Positions 20,037-28,116 of a stretch of 32,000 nt of DNA are shown here, one piece after another. The first letter of the stretch is position 1; each line of letters starts with the position of its first letter. This DNA comes from Breznakia blatticola (GTDB lineage: Bacteria; Bacillota_I; Bacilli_A; Erysipelotrichales; Erysipelotrichaceae). Made by a program: the position numbers and the translations under genes. The notes below the pieces were generated by a model. That model saw nothing but the letters and a program-made list of their open reading frames with translations. It was not told the origin of the DNA and did not search any database. Where the stretch lies: contig NZ_SODD01000003.1 in assembly GCF_004365815.1 (NCBI RefSeq), positions 82,286 to 114,285 on the forward strand, given 5' to 3'.

Positions 20037-20585
20037 ATGAATTCATCATCAAAAGCAATTCAAAAAATGGTTATATCAGCAATGCTAATTGCTGTAGGAA
20101 TTGTGATTCCTATGTTTTCACCAATTAAAGTTGTAATTGAACCAGCTTCATTTACATTAGCTAGTCATGTTGCCATCATGATTGGAATGTTTATTTCACC
20201 AGGAGTTACTGTTGCTGTCGCTATTGGTACAACAATTGGTTTCTTACTTGGCGGATTTCCAATTACCGTTGTTGCTAGAGCAGGTTCACACATCGTCTTT
20301 GCCTTACTAGGTGCTGTATATTTTGCTAAAAAACCAGAAGTTTTATACAACCCTACAAAATGTGTACTAGCATTCTTTGTACTATCATTAATTCATGCAA
20401 TTTGTGAAGTAATCGTTGTGCTTCCATTCTACTTAAATGGACAACCTGTCGATAACTTCTACTATGTTGTATTTGGTTTAGTTGGTGTAGGAACAGTGGT
20501 TCACTCAATGGTGGATTTCTTTATTGCAAGAGCTGTATATCAACTGATTCCACAAGCTAAAACTGCACGCACAAAAATTGCGTAA
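20037..20585 (+). CDS. ECF-transporter S-component-like membrane protein (substrate unknown; NiaX-like is a guess)
   Basis: 182 aa, about 5-6 TM segments, no signal peptide. Size and topology fit solitary vitamin-uptake S components. RBS AGAAGGAG. Confidence 0.55.
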   Translation: MNSSSKAIQKMVISAMLIAVGIVIPMFSPIKVVIEPASFTLASHVAIMIGMFISPGVTVAVAIGTTIGFLLGGFPITVVARAGSHIVFALLGAVYFAKKPEVLYNPTKCVLAFFVLSLIHAICEVIVVLPFYLNGQPVDNFYYVVFGLVGVGTVVHSMVDFFIARAVYQLIPQAKTARTKIA

Positions 20586-20590
20586 ATCAT

Positions 20591-20616
20591 ATCCCACATA
20601 TGTGGGATTTTTTTAT
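20591..20616 (+). terminator. Intrinsic terminator after the S-component gene
   Basis: ATCCCAC-ATAT-GTGGGAT hairpin followed by TTTTTTTATTT. Confidence 0.8.
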
Positions 20617-20639
20617 TTATGTATCACAATTCGAAATCA

Positions 20640-20647
20640 TGTATAAT
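20640..20647 (+). promoter_or_regulatory. Extended -10 promoter (TGTATAAT) of the PAP2-MazG-GIY-YIG/DUF2075 operon
   Basis: TGTATAAT at 20640-20647. The ATG at 20654 lies 6 nt after the -10 and has no RBS, so the mRNA may be leaderless. Confidence 0.45.
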
Positions 20648-20653
20648 ACATTT

Positions 20654-21475
20654 ATGAAACAAACATTACAAATTATGTTCAAGGAATATAAACTACAAAT
20701 CTTTGTCTTTCTGGTGTTACTAAGTATCTTCACAGTTTTTGATCAACAATTGTGTACACTGCTTTATCACCCGGGAAATATCTATGGTGCTTTCTTTGAG
20801 AAGTTTACTTACTTGCCTGGTTGCTACCTACTATTTCTAAGCACTACGATACTTTATGTACACTACTTCAAGACCAACAATAAAAAATTTCAATATTTAA
20901 CCATGCTTATGTGTACAGTATCCTTTTTTATTACTAGTTACTATTTCTATGAGGCACTTGCAGGTATTGGCATGGTATTACATATCATCCTATCATTGTG
21001 TATTATCTTTGCCTGTATTAAATGGAGGCAATTAGATGCATATGTCAAAACTGCTTGGATTGTTATTTTCACGATACTTGCTGCTTTGCTCACAGTTGAA
21101 CTCTTTAAGATGCTATGGGGTCGTGTTCGTCCATATGCAAATTTGGATAATTCAAGTTATTACACACCTTGGTTCGAATTGAACTTTAACGACTTTAAGA
21201 CCTATTTTGAAAATAGTGATACTACAAAATCATTTCCATCAGGTCACAGTAATTGGGCAACATTAACATTATGCTATTCATTCTACTTTAAGAAACATCG
21301 GAAAGTGGCAATTGCAACATCTGTTATCTATATATTACTAGTAACAACTTCAAGAGTAGTTTATGGAATGCATCATCCTAGCGATGTACTTTGCGGATGT
21401 GCAATTGCTTATACCTATTACTCAATTGCAAAACACAAAGTGAAACACTTTAAACAAACGGAGGTATCCATATGA
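20654..21475 (+). CDS. PAP2-superfamily membrane phosphatase
   Basis: All three PAP2 motifs are present: KMLWGRVRP, PSGHS, SRVVYGMHHPSD. Multiple TM segments. The track start at 20600 lies inside the upstream terminator, so I prefer ATG 20654 (20639 is also possible). Confidence 0.8.
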   Translation: MKQTLQIMFKEYKLQIFVFLVLLSIFTVFDQQLCTLLYHPGNIYGAFFEKFTYLPGCYLLFLSTTILYVHYFKTNNKKFQYLTMLMCTVSFFITSYYFYEALAGIGMVLHIILSLCIIFACIKWRQLDAYVKTAWIVIFTILAALLTVELFKMLWGRVRPYANLDNSSYYTPWFELNFNDFKTYFENSDTTKSFPSGHSNWATLTLCYSFYFKKHRKVAIATSVIYILLVTTSRVVYGMHHPSDVLCGCAIAYTYYSIAKHKVKHFKQTEVSI

Positions 21476-21789
21476 ATGAAATCATGGAAAGACTAAGAAA
21501 ATTCAATCAGGATCGGGATTGGGATCAATATCATCAACCAGCTAATCTAGCAAAGTCTATTGTGATTGAAAGTGCTGAATTACTTGAGTGTTTTCAGTGG
21601 GACAATGATAACTTCAATAAACAGCATGTTGCTGAAGAACTTGCAGATGTTCTATGCTATGCATTTCAATTGGCAGATAGTTTACATATGAACATTACAG
21701 AAATCATGAATGATAAAATAGATAAAAATGCAATTAAATATCCAATTGAAAAAGCGAAAGGTAGTTCGAAGAAGTACAATGAGCTCTAG
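21472..21789 (+). CDS. MazG-like nucleoside-triphosphate pyrophosphohydrolase (small all-alpha, DCTPP1/YpjD-like)
   Basis: 105 aa. Acidic metal-binding helices IESAELLE and EELADVL. The FNQDRDWDQYH N-terminus is typical of the MazG-like family. RBS GGAGG. The ATG overlaps the PAP2 stop (ATGA). Confidence 0.8.
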   Translation: MNEIMERLRKFNQDRDWDQYHQPANLAKSIVIESAELLECFQWDNDNFNKQHVAEELADVLCYAFQLADSLHMNITEIMNDKIDKNAIKYPIEKAKGSSKKYNEL

Positions 21790-23461
21790 TAAGATCAAAG
21801 TAAATCAATATGCGTTTACAATGGATTCCGTAAATGCATTAACAAATAATGCATTTATGAAAAACTGGCCAATTGTATACGTATTAAATGATGATCATAA
21901 TGTGTATATAGGTGAAACTTCCAATGCAATTACACGTATGCAGACACACTTAAAAAGTGATGATAAAAACTATCTAAAGCAAATGAATATTATTACAGAT
22001 GAAGAATTTCATAAATCAGCAACACTTCACTTAGAATCCTTGCTTATTGAATACATGAGTGCAGATACTCATTTTGATACGATCATCAATGGAAATACCG
22101 GACAAAGCCACATGTATTTTCAAAAAGATCATTACGCTCATAAATTTGAGGAATTATGGAGTATCCTAAAAAAGAAACACTTGGCAAATGAACGAATTGA
22201 CCAAATTCGCAATAAAGATTTATTCAAATTTTCACCATATAAGTCATTAACAGAAGATCAATTTGGTACTGTGGATGTTATATTGCAAGACTTAGCACAA
22301 CGTACAAAACATCAAGAACCTCAAACATACCTTATTCAAGGAGAAGCAGGAACTGGAAAAACGGTTTTAGCCATTTATTTAGTTAAACTACTTACCGATT
22401 TATTTGCTGATCGTTTATCACTTGAAGGATTTGCAAGCGAAGAAGTTAATGCACTTAAAACGCTTAAACAAGAAAACAGATCACTCAAAGTTGGTTTTGT
22501 TGTACCTATGTCATCATTACGTAGAACTATTCGTAACGTATTTAAAGACATTCAAGGATTACAAGCAAATATGGTAATTACACCATCACAAGCAACCAAA
22601 GAGAATTTTGATATTCTAATCGTTGATGAAGCACATCGTTTAAAACGAAGAAAAAACCTAACGGGTTATGGTGCCTTCGATGCAACAAATAAACGTTTAG
22701 GTTTAGATGATAATGGAACTGAACTTGACTGGATTATGAAATCTTCAAAATATCAAATTCTGTTTTATGATAAGAATCAATCGGTTCGTCCAACAGATGT
22801 TCGACACGATGAATTCAAGAAAATTATAAATAGAGAAGACCATTTAGATCTCTTCTTATTCTCACAAATGCGTGTTATTGGTGGAGATGTTTATGTTAAA
22901 TACATCAAAGATATCTTCAACAACAACCATCCAAAACCAAAAGAATTTGATGCTTATGATGTTTGTCTATTTGATGATATTGACATCATGATTCAAGCAA
23001 TCAAATCCAAGAATGAAGAACTTGGACTTTGTCGTACAGTTAGCGGATATGCATGGGATTGGGTAAGTAAGAAAGATCAATCCAAACATGATATTACAAT
23101 TGATAACCATTCCTATATATGGAACACTGTAAACGAGGATTGGGTGAACTCAAAAAACTCCATCAATGAAATTGGTTGTATACATACAATTCAAGGATAT
23201 GATTTAAACTATGCTGCGATCATTCTTGGAGAAGATATTAAATACGATCCTGTTCTTCAAAAAATCTATACAGATAAGCAAAACTTTTATGATAAAAAAG
23301 CAAAAGCTGGTGTAACCTCTGATAAAGAAATTGCTTCATACATTATAAATGCTTACATAACGATGTTAACACGTGGAATCCGTGGAACATATCTGTATGT
23401 GTGTGATAAAAACTTACGTGAATATCTTGCTACATTCTTTCCAACATATATAAACAAATAA
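21779..23461 (+). CDS. GIY-YIG nuclease domain fused to a DUF2075-type (Schlafen-helicase-like) DEAH P-loop ATPase
   Basis: GIY-YIG part: WPIVYVL..VYIGET..AITRMQTHL..HLESLLIEY. ATPase part: Walker A GEAGTGKT, Walker B ILIVDEAHRL, C-terminal IHTIQGYDLNYAAIILG and TRGIRGTYLYV. The start at 21779 overlaps the MazG gene by 11 nt (the track ORF starts at 21728). Confidence 0.8.
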   Translation: MSSSKIKVNQYAFTMDSVNALTNNAFMKNWPIVYVLNDDHNVYIGETSNAITRMQTHLKSDDKNYLKQMNIITDEEFHKSATLHLESLLIEYMSADTHFDTIINGNTGQSHMYFQKDHYAHKFEELWSILKKKHLANERIDQIRNKDLFKFSPYKSLTEDQFGTVDVILQDLAQRTKHQEPQTYLIQGEAGTGKTVLAIYLVKLLTDLFADRLSLEGFASEEVNALKTLKQENRSLKVGFVVPMSSLRRTIRNVFKDIQGLQANMVITPSQATKENFDILIVDEAHRLKRRKNLTGYGAFDATNKRLGLDDNGTELDWIMKSSKYQILFYDKNQSVRPTDVRHDEFKKIINREDHLDLFLFSQMRVIGGDVYVKYIKDIFNNNHPKPKEFDAYDVCLFDDIDIMIQAIKSKNEELGLCRTVSGYAWDWVSKKDQSKHDITIDNHSYIWNTVNEDWVNSKNSINEIGCIHTIQGYDLNYAAIILGEDIKYDPVLQKIYTDKQNFYDKKAKAGVTSDKEIASYIINAYITMLTRGIRGTYLYVCDKNLREYLATFFPTYINK

Positions 23462-23464
23462 AGA

Positions 23465-23518
23465 AACAGTCTCCAACATTGTATGACTCTCAAGTTGTAC
23501 GATAAGGACTGTTTTTTT
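23465..23518 (+). terminator. Putative terminator of the three-gene operon
   Basis: AACAGTC ... GACTGTT stem with a long, partly structured loop, followed by T7. Confidence 0.45.
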
Positions 23519-23711
23519 GTCTCGATTTTTGTTTGCAGAACAATCATAACTACTTATTTTATGATTACTTCAAATTCTTTTCCTACCCATTTTTGCTTAT
23601 ATAATTCATAACCAAAACAAATAATCATAAAACTAACATATTGTTCATGTATATTGATGAATCGTATACCCATGAATGATAAAATAGAAAAGGACATAGA
23701 GGAGGACTAGC

Positions 23712-24524
23712 ATGAGTTTAAAAGAACACGCAACAAACGTTCGTAAGAACATCATTGACATGGTCTATGCAGCACAATCAGGACACCCAGGTGGTTCATT
23801 AAGTGGTGCAGACATCATTACTTACTTGTATTTCGATGAAATGAATATCAATACTGATAATGCTTCATCAAACAATCGTGATCGTTTTGTCTTAAGTAAA
23901 GGACACGCTTCACCATTGTTATATGGAATTTTAATGGAGAAAGGTATTATCTCTACTGACTTAATTCCAACATTCAGACAAGTAGATTCAAAACTACAAG
24001 GACACCCAAACATGAATTATGTAGAAGGTGTAGATATGTCTACTGGATCATTGGGACAAGGGATCTCATGTGCAGTAGGAATGGCAATTGCAAATAAAGT
24101 AGATAACTCACCAAACCGAGTATATGCAATGCTTGGAGATGGTGAATGTGAAGAAGGTCAAGTATGGGAAGCAGCTATGGCAGCAGCACACTATAAACTT
24201 GATAATCTATGTGCAGTTGTAGACTTTAATGGACTACAAATCGATGGAAACATTACAGATGTTATGAATCCAACACCAATTGATGAAAAATTTGCGGCAT
24301 TCGGTTGGAATGTTGTACACATTGACGGACATGATTTTGATGACATTCGTCGTGGGTTTGATGAAGCAAGAAATTGCAAAGGAAAACCAACAATGATTCT
24401 AGCAAAAACCACAAAAGGAAAATGTGTAAGTTTCATGGAAGGTGACTATGGATGGCATGGTGTTGCACCAAATAAGGAGCAATACGAAGCAGCAATGGAA
24501 TGTTTATGTGGAGGTAGTAAGTAA
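23712..24524 (+). CDS. Transketolase, N-terminal (TPP pyrophosphate-binding) subunit of a split enzyme
   Basis: 270 aa. SGHPGGSLS, LSKGHASP, GSLGQG and GDGECEEG motifs. RBS GAGGAGG. Confidence 0.92.
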   Translation: MSLKEHATNVRKNIIDMVYAAQSGHPGGSLSGADIITYLYFDEMNINTDNASSNNRDRFVLSKGHASPLLYGILMEKGIISTDLIPTFRQVDSKLQGHPNMNYVEGVDMSTGSLGQGISCAVGMAIANKVDNSPNRVYAMLGDGECEEGQVWEAAMAAAHYKLDNLCAVVDFNGLQIDGNITDVMNPTPIDEKFAAFGWNVVHIDGHDFDDIRRGFDEARNCKGKPTMILAKTTKGKCVSFMEGDYGWHGVAPNKEQYEAAMECLCGGSK

Positions 24525-25441
24525 TGGCAAAAGTAGCAACAAGAGAAGCATACGGAAAAACCTTAGCGAAGTTAATCGTTGAGAAAGATAATGTTATCGT
24601 ACTAGATGCAGACTTAACGAAAAGTACAAAAACAATTGATGCAAAAAATGCAAGAGCTGACCATCACTTCAACATGGGGATTGCTGAAGGAAATATGATG
24701 AGTGTAGCAGCAGGACTTGCAGCAAGTAATAAAGTTGTATACGCATCTAGTTTTGCAATGTTTGCAGCAGGAAGAGCATTCGAACAAATTCGTAACTCTA
24801 TCTGTTATCCAAACCTAAATGTAAAAGTATGTGCGACGCATGCAGGATTAACCGTTGGAGAAGATGGAGCAAGTCACCAAAGTGTTGAAGATATCGCATT
24901 GATGCGTGCAATTCCAAATATGAAAGTATTCCAACCATGTGATGATATTGAAACCGCAGCAATTATCAATGCAGTATATGATATTGATGGACCATGTTAT
25001 GTAAGACTTGGACGTTCTGGAGTCGAAAGAGTGAACTATGAAGACTATACATTTGAACTTGGAAAAGGAGTCATCCTTAATAAGGGAGAAAAAGTTGCCA
25101 TTGTAGCTACAGGAATGATGGTGCAAGAAGCACTAGGTGCAAAAGACTTATATGAAGGAAACCCGACAATCGTCAATATGCCAACCATCAAACCAATTGA
25201 TACAGACTTATTAATTGATCTAGCAAAAACACATGATGTAATTGTGACAATTGAAGAACACAGTATCATTGGGGGACTAGGAGGAGCGGTTGTAGAAGCC
25301 TTAGCAGAACACAACCTATGTCCAGTTGTTTGTATGGGAGTTAATGACACATTTGGAGAATCAGGAAAACCTGCAGATCTATTAAAGAAATACGGACTTG
25401 ATAGTCAAGCTATCGCAAACAAAGTAAATACATATCTATAG
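24524..25441 (+). CDS. Transketolase, C-terminal (pyrimidine-binding) subunit
   Basis: 305 aa. REAYG, GIAEGNM and EDGASHQ motifs. The start overlaps the upstream stop (TAATG). Confidence 0.92.
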   Translation: MAKVATREAYGKTLAKLIVEKDNVIVLDADLTKSTKTIDAKNARADHHFNMGIAEGNMMSVAAGLAASNKVVYASSFAMFAAGRAFEQIRNSICYPNLNVKVCATHAGLTVGEDGASHQSVEDIALMRAIPNMKVFQPCDDIETAAIINAVYDIDGPCYVRLGRSGVERVNYEDYTFELGKGVILNKGEKVAIVATGMMVQEALGAKDLYEGNPTIVNMPTIKPIDTDLLIDLAKTHDVIVTIEEHSIIGGLGGAVVEALAEHNLCPVVCMGVNDTFGESGKPADLLKKYGLDSQAIANKVNTYL

Positions 25442-25565
25442 TATATCCGCTTCATATGATAACGCTTACATTTTGGTGTTGACTCCCCAGTAGCACTATG
25501 CTACCATACAGCTAGGGTAGTTATTATCGTTCGTTGTTATTATATGTATACAATAAATATAAGCT

Positions 25566-25628
25566 AAACCTACATCTTTCAAATTTGTTGTTCTATGCAT
25601 CACTCTTTTGATAAATGTAGGTTTTTTT
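25566..25628 (+). terminator. Terminator of the transketolase operon
   Basis: 10-bp perfect stem AAACCTACAT / ATGTAGGTTT, extendable with mismatches, followed by T7. Confidence 0.65.
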
Positions 25629-25683
25629 ATTTGGAATAACAAAGAATACCATACTACCAGAGAGAGATCAGAGGAGGCTAGAT

Positions 25684-26532
25684 ATGAAAAAAATGCAAAA
25701 GGTTTTATTGTCGTTTTTCGTGTTAGTCACATTACTAGCAGGATGTGCTAGCAACACAGACAACGAAAAAGAAACGGCAAAAAAAGAAAGTGATGAGGTA
25801 GTCATCTATTTAACACGACATGGGAAAACGATGTTAAATACGATTGACCGTTCACAAGGATGGATTGATGCTCCACTTACACCTGCTGGTGTTGAAGTAG
25901 CTGAATTCTTAGGAAAAGGGTTAAAAGAAGAAGGAATCGAATTTGATGAAGTGCATTCAAGTGATTCAGGACGTGCAATTGAGACAGCTGAAGTAATTCT
26001 GAAAAACAATGGACAAGAAGATTTAATTTCTTCACTTTCAAAACATCAAGGACTTCGTGAATATAATTTTGGTACATTCGAAGGAATGATGAATGAAGAA
26101 ATGCAATCTGAATTAGCAAAAGCAATTGGTCAAACACCTGAAGAATGGATGGCAAAAATGCAAGAACTTGGATGGTATGAAGGAATCAAAATGTTTGCAG
26201 ATAACATCTCTAAAGTAGACAAAGAAAGAGTTGAAGAAGGTGTTAACTGGCCAGCAGAAGACTATCAAACTATTGCAGATCGTTCTGTTGGTTCAATAAA
26301 AGAAATTGCAGAAAATGCACAGAAAAATGGTTCAAAAAATGTATTAGTTGTATCTCACGGTATGACAATTACTACAATCGTTGCTGAACTTGATAATGGA
26401 AAAGAAGCTGATATTCCTTTCGGTGGTCCAAAAAATGCAAGTATCCAAAAAATTACATATAAAGATGGAAAATACACGGTTGAAACAGTTAATGACTTAA
26501 CATTAATTGAAAAAGGACAAGCTGCTAAATAA
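25684..26532 (+). CDS. Exported lipoprotein of the histidine-phosphatase (phosphoglycerate-mutase-like) superfamily
   Basis: Signal peptide with lipobox LLAGC. Catalytic RHG motif (YLTRHGKT) and a distal SHG. RBS GAGGAGG. Confidence 0.85.
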   Translation: MKKMQKVLLSFFVLVTLLAGCASNTDNEKETAKKESDEVVIYLTRHGKTMLNTIDRSQGWIDAPLTPAGVEVAEFLGKGLKEEGIEFDEVHSSDSGRAIETAEVILKNNGQEDLISSLSKHQGLREYNFGTFEGMMNEEMQSELAKAIGQTPEEWMAKMQELGWYEGIKMFADNISKVDKERVEEGVNWPAEDYQTIADRSVGSIKEIAENAQKNGSKNVLVVSHGMTITTIVAELDNGKEADIPFGGPKNASIQKITYKDGKYTVETVNDLTLIEKGQAAK

Positions 26533-26540
26533 TTTAAACA

Positions 26541-26578
26541 AAAGAAGTTAGTTGATGATGATTTGAACTAACTTCTTT
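26541..26578. terminator. Bidirectional terminator between convergent genes
   Basis: Perfect 13-bp stem AAAGAAGTTAGTT / AACTAACTTCTTT with a 12-nt loop. Confidence 0.75.
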
Positions 26579-26587
26579 TCTTTATGT

Positions 26588-27061
26588 CTATATACTTTTT
26601 ACTATGGGAATGTACATCTGTGTTAGATATTCTTCTACATCTTGCTCTTCACCATTTAAATAATGGTAATAAATCCCACCATCCATTTCATATCCATGAT
26701 TATTTATCCACTGCATCAGTGCTTCTAAAGTGGGATCTTGTTTTTCATATGGACCTCTATCAATAGCAAGAACAATACTTCGTGATGGTTGTTTTGTGAG
26801 TAAAACATCCCCATTTATTTCTAACTGACTGGCTACTACATAGCCCACTTCTACATCCAAATTCTCTAACTCCATATTATGGAAACATACGGTTAATCCA
26901 CTACTTGGATATGTATTATTTTGCTCAATCATTGGTAATAATGTATGAATTGATTTTCCTAGAAAATCAGCATACTCATTAAAAAAATGAATGTTTTTTC
27001 GAATCGATACAAAGTATCGTTCAGGTTGCTGTTGAATTGTTATATTTGCAACTTGTGCCAT
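26588..27061 (-). CDS. Stand-alone GyrI-like small-molecule-binding protein
   Basis: 157 aa. Two-repeat GyrI/SbmC-like pattern (ERYFVSIR..., GPYEKQDPTLEALMQWINNHGYE). The start is 1 nt after the AraC stop. Confidence 0.7.
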   Translation of the reverse strand: MAQVANITIQQQPERYFVSIRKNIHFFNEYADFLGKSIHTLLPMIEQNNTYPSSGLTVCFHNMELENLDVEVGYVVASQLEINGDVLLTKQPSRSIVLAIDRGPYEKQDPTLEALMQWINNHGYEMDGGIYYHYLNGEEQDVEEYLTQMYIPIVKSI

Positions 27062-27062
27062 G

Positions 27063-27989
27063 TTATTTATTCCTTTCTGTTTTATAAATCTTTCGGTAAT
27101 CTAACCATGTTTCTATATTTGCAGGTGATTTTGAAGTATCACTGTATTTTTCTACAGCAAACAATCCTCTTTCAAGTTCATGTTTTTTCATCCAATGTGA
27201 CATAAACACTTGTGCTTTATATTCAGCAGATGTCACAAGTTCATAAAAAGTTTCTGCTTCAAAGTTATACACAATATAGTTTTGTGCTGGCATTTCAAAA
27301 CAATAAAGATTATCTATCGTTTGATTTGTCATTGCTTCTGCTCCTGCCAAATAAAAGCAATGTCCTTCTTTTGCACCTTGTGCAAACACTACACCACACT
27401 CTTTACCATTTACAGTTAATCCAGGTATTGTATGTTTTAACTTATGAAATGTATCCCACAGTTCCCCAGTGATAGATACTCCTGTGTCCTGTCCTCCCAT
27501 GATATCAGTAATAGGGATCTCTTTTACAAACCCTAGTATATAATTCGTTTCATCTACTTTCTTGCGATTCACTTCCAATACAATCCCATCACTGATAAGT
27601 GGTACACCTTCGTCTACCATAACATAGTGTAATAATAAATCTGGTTTTTCATATTGATTTACAATCGTTTGTGTCGACCTCATTTTACTTGGTGTGATTC
27701 CATATGCTTTTTTAAAAGCACGCGTGAAATTACTTTGATTCGAAAACTGATACGTACACGCTATATCAATAATACTTTGTTTTGTTGTTTGTAATAGTTT
27801 ACAAGTTGCTGCCAAACGTCTAAGCCGTATATATTCATACACGGGTACTTTTACCAGTTTATGAAATAGTCGTTGAAAGTAAAATGGTGATAAATAGGCA
27901 ACATTAGCCAATTGCTCAATTGTTATCTCATCACGTAAATGATCTTCAATATAATCTAAAACAAACTGAATTGATTCCCATGCATACAT
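27063..27989 (-). CDS. AraC-family regulator with C-terminal GyrI-like effector domain (Rob-like)
   Basis: N-terminal double HTH (LANVAYLSPFYFQRLFHK ... FSNQSNFTRAFKKAYGITPS), then a ~190-aa effector-binding region. Confidence 0.85.
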   Translation of the reverse strand: MYAWESIQFVLDYIEDHLRDEITIEQLANVAYLSPFYFQRLFHKLVKVPVYEYIRLRRLAATCKLLQTTKQSIIDIACTYQFSNQSNFTRAFKKAYGITPSKMRSTQTIVNQYEKPDLLLHYVMVDEGVPLISDGIVLEVNRKKVDETNYILGFVKEIPITDIMGGQDTGVSITGELWDTFHKLKHTIPGLTVNGKECGVVFAQGAKEGHCFYLAGAEAMTNQTIDNLYCFEMPAQNYIVYNFEAETFYELVTSAEYKAQVFMSHWMKKHELERGLFAVEKYSDTSKSPANIETWLDYRKIYKTERNK

Positions 27990-28073
27990 AGTTCTTCCTC
28001 CATCAAAAGCATAACATAGTGATTTTATAGTTACTAATCATACAGTGCTTTTTTCATCTAAGATAGTTACCAT

Positions 28074-28112
28074 TACAAAAAAAGTTAGTTTCTCGTCTTG
28101 AGAAATCTAACT
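28074..28112 (-). terminator. Terminator of the ula-like operon
   Basis: Hairpin GTTAGTTTCTC / GAGAAATCTAAC with one mismatch, followed on the minus strand by TTTTTTTGT. Confidence 0.6.
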
Positions 28113-28116
28113 TCTT

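Noticed and set aside
25442-25565. Possible small RNA or promoter (TTGACT...TACCAT, short inverted repeats TAGCA/TGCTA and CTACC/GGTAG) downstream of transketolase.
   Set aside because: The -10 is poor, the stems are only 5 bp, and nothing distinguishes it from ordinary 3'-UTR sequence upstream of the terminator.
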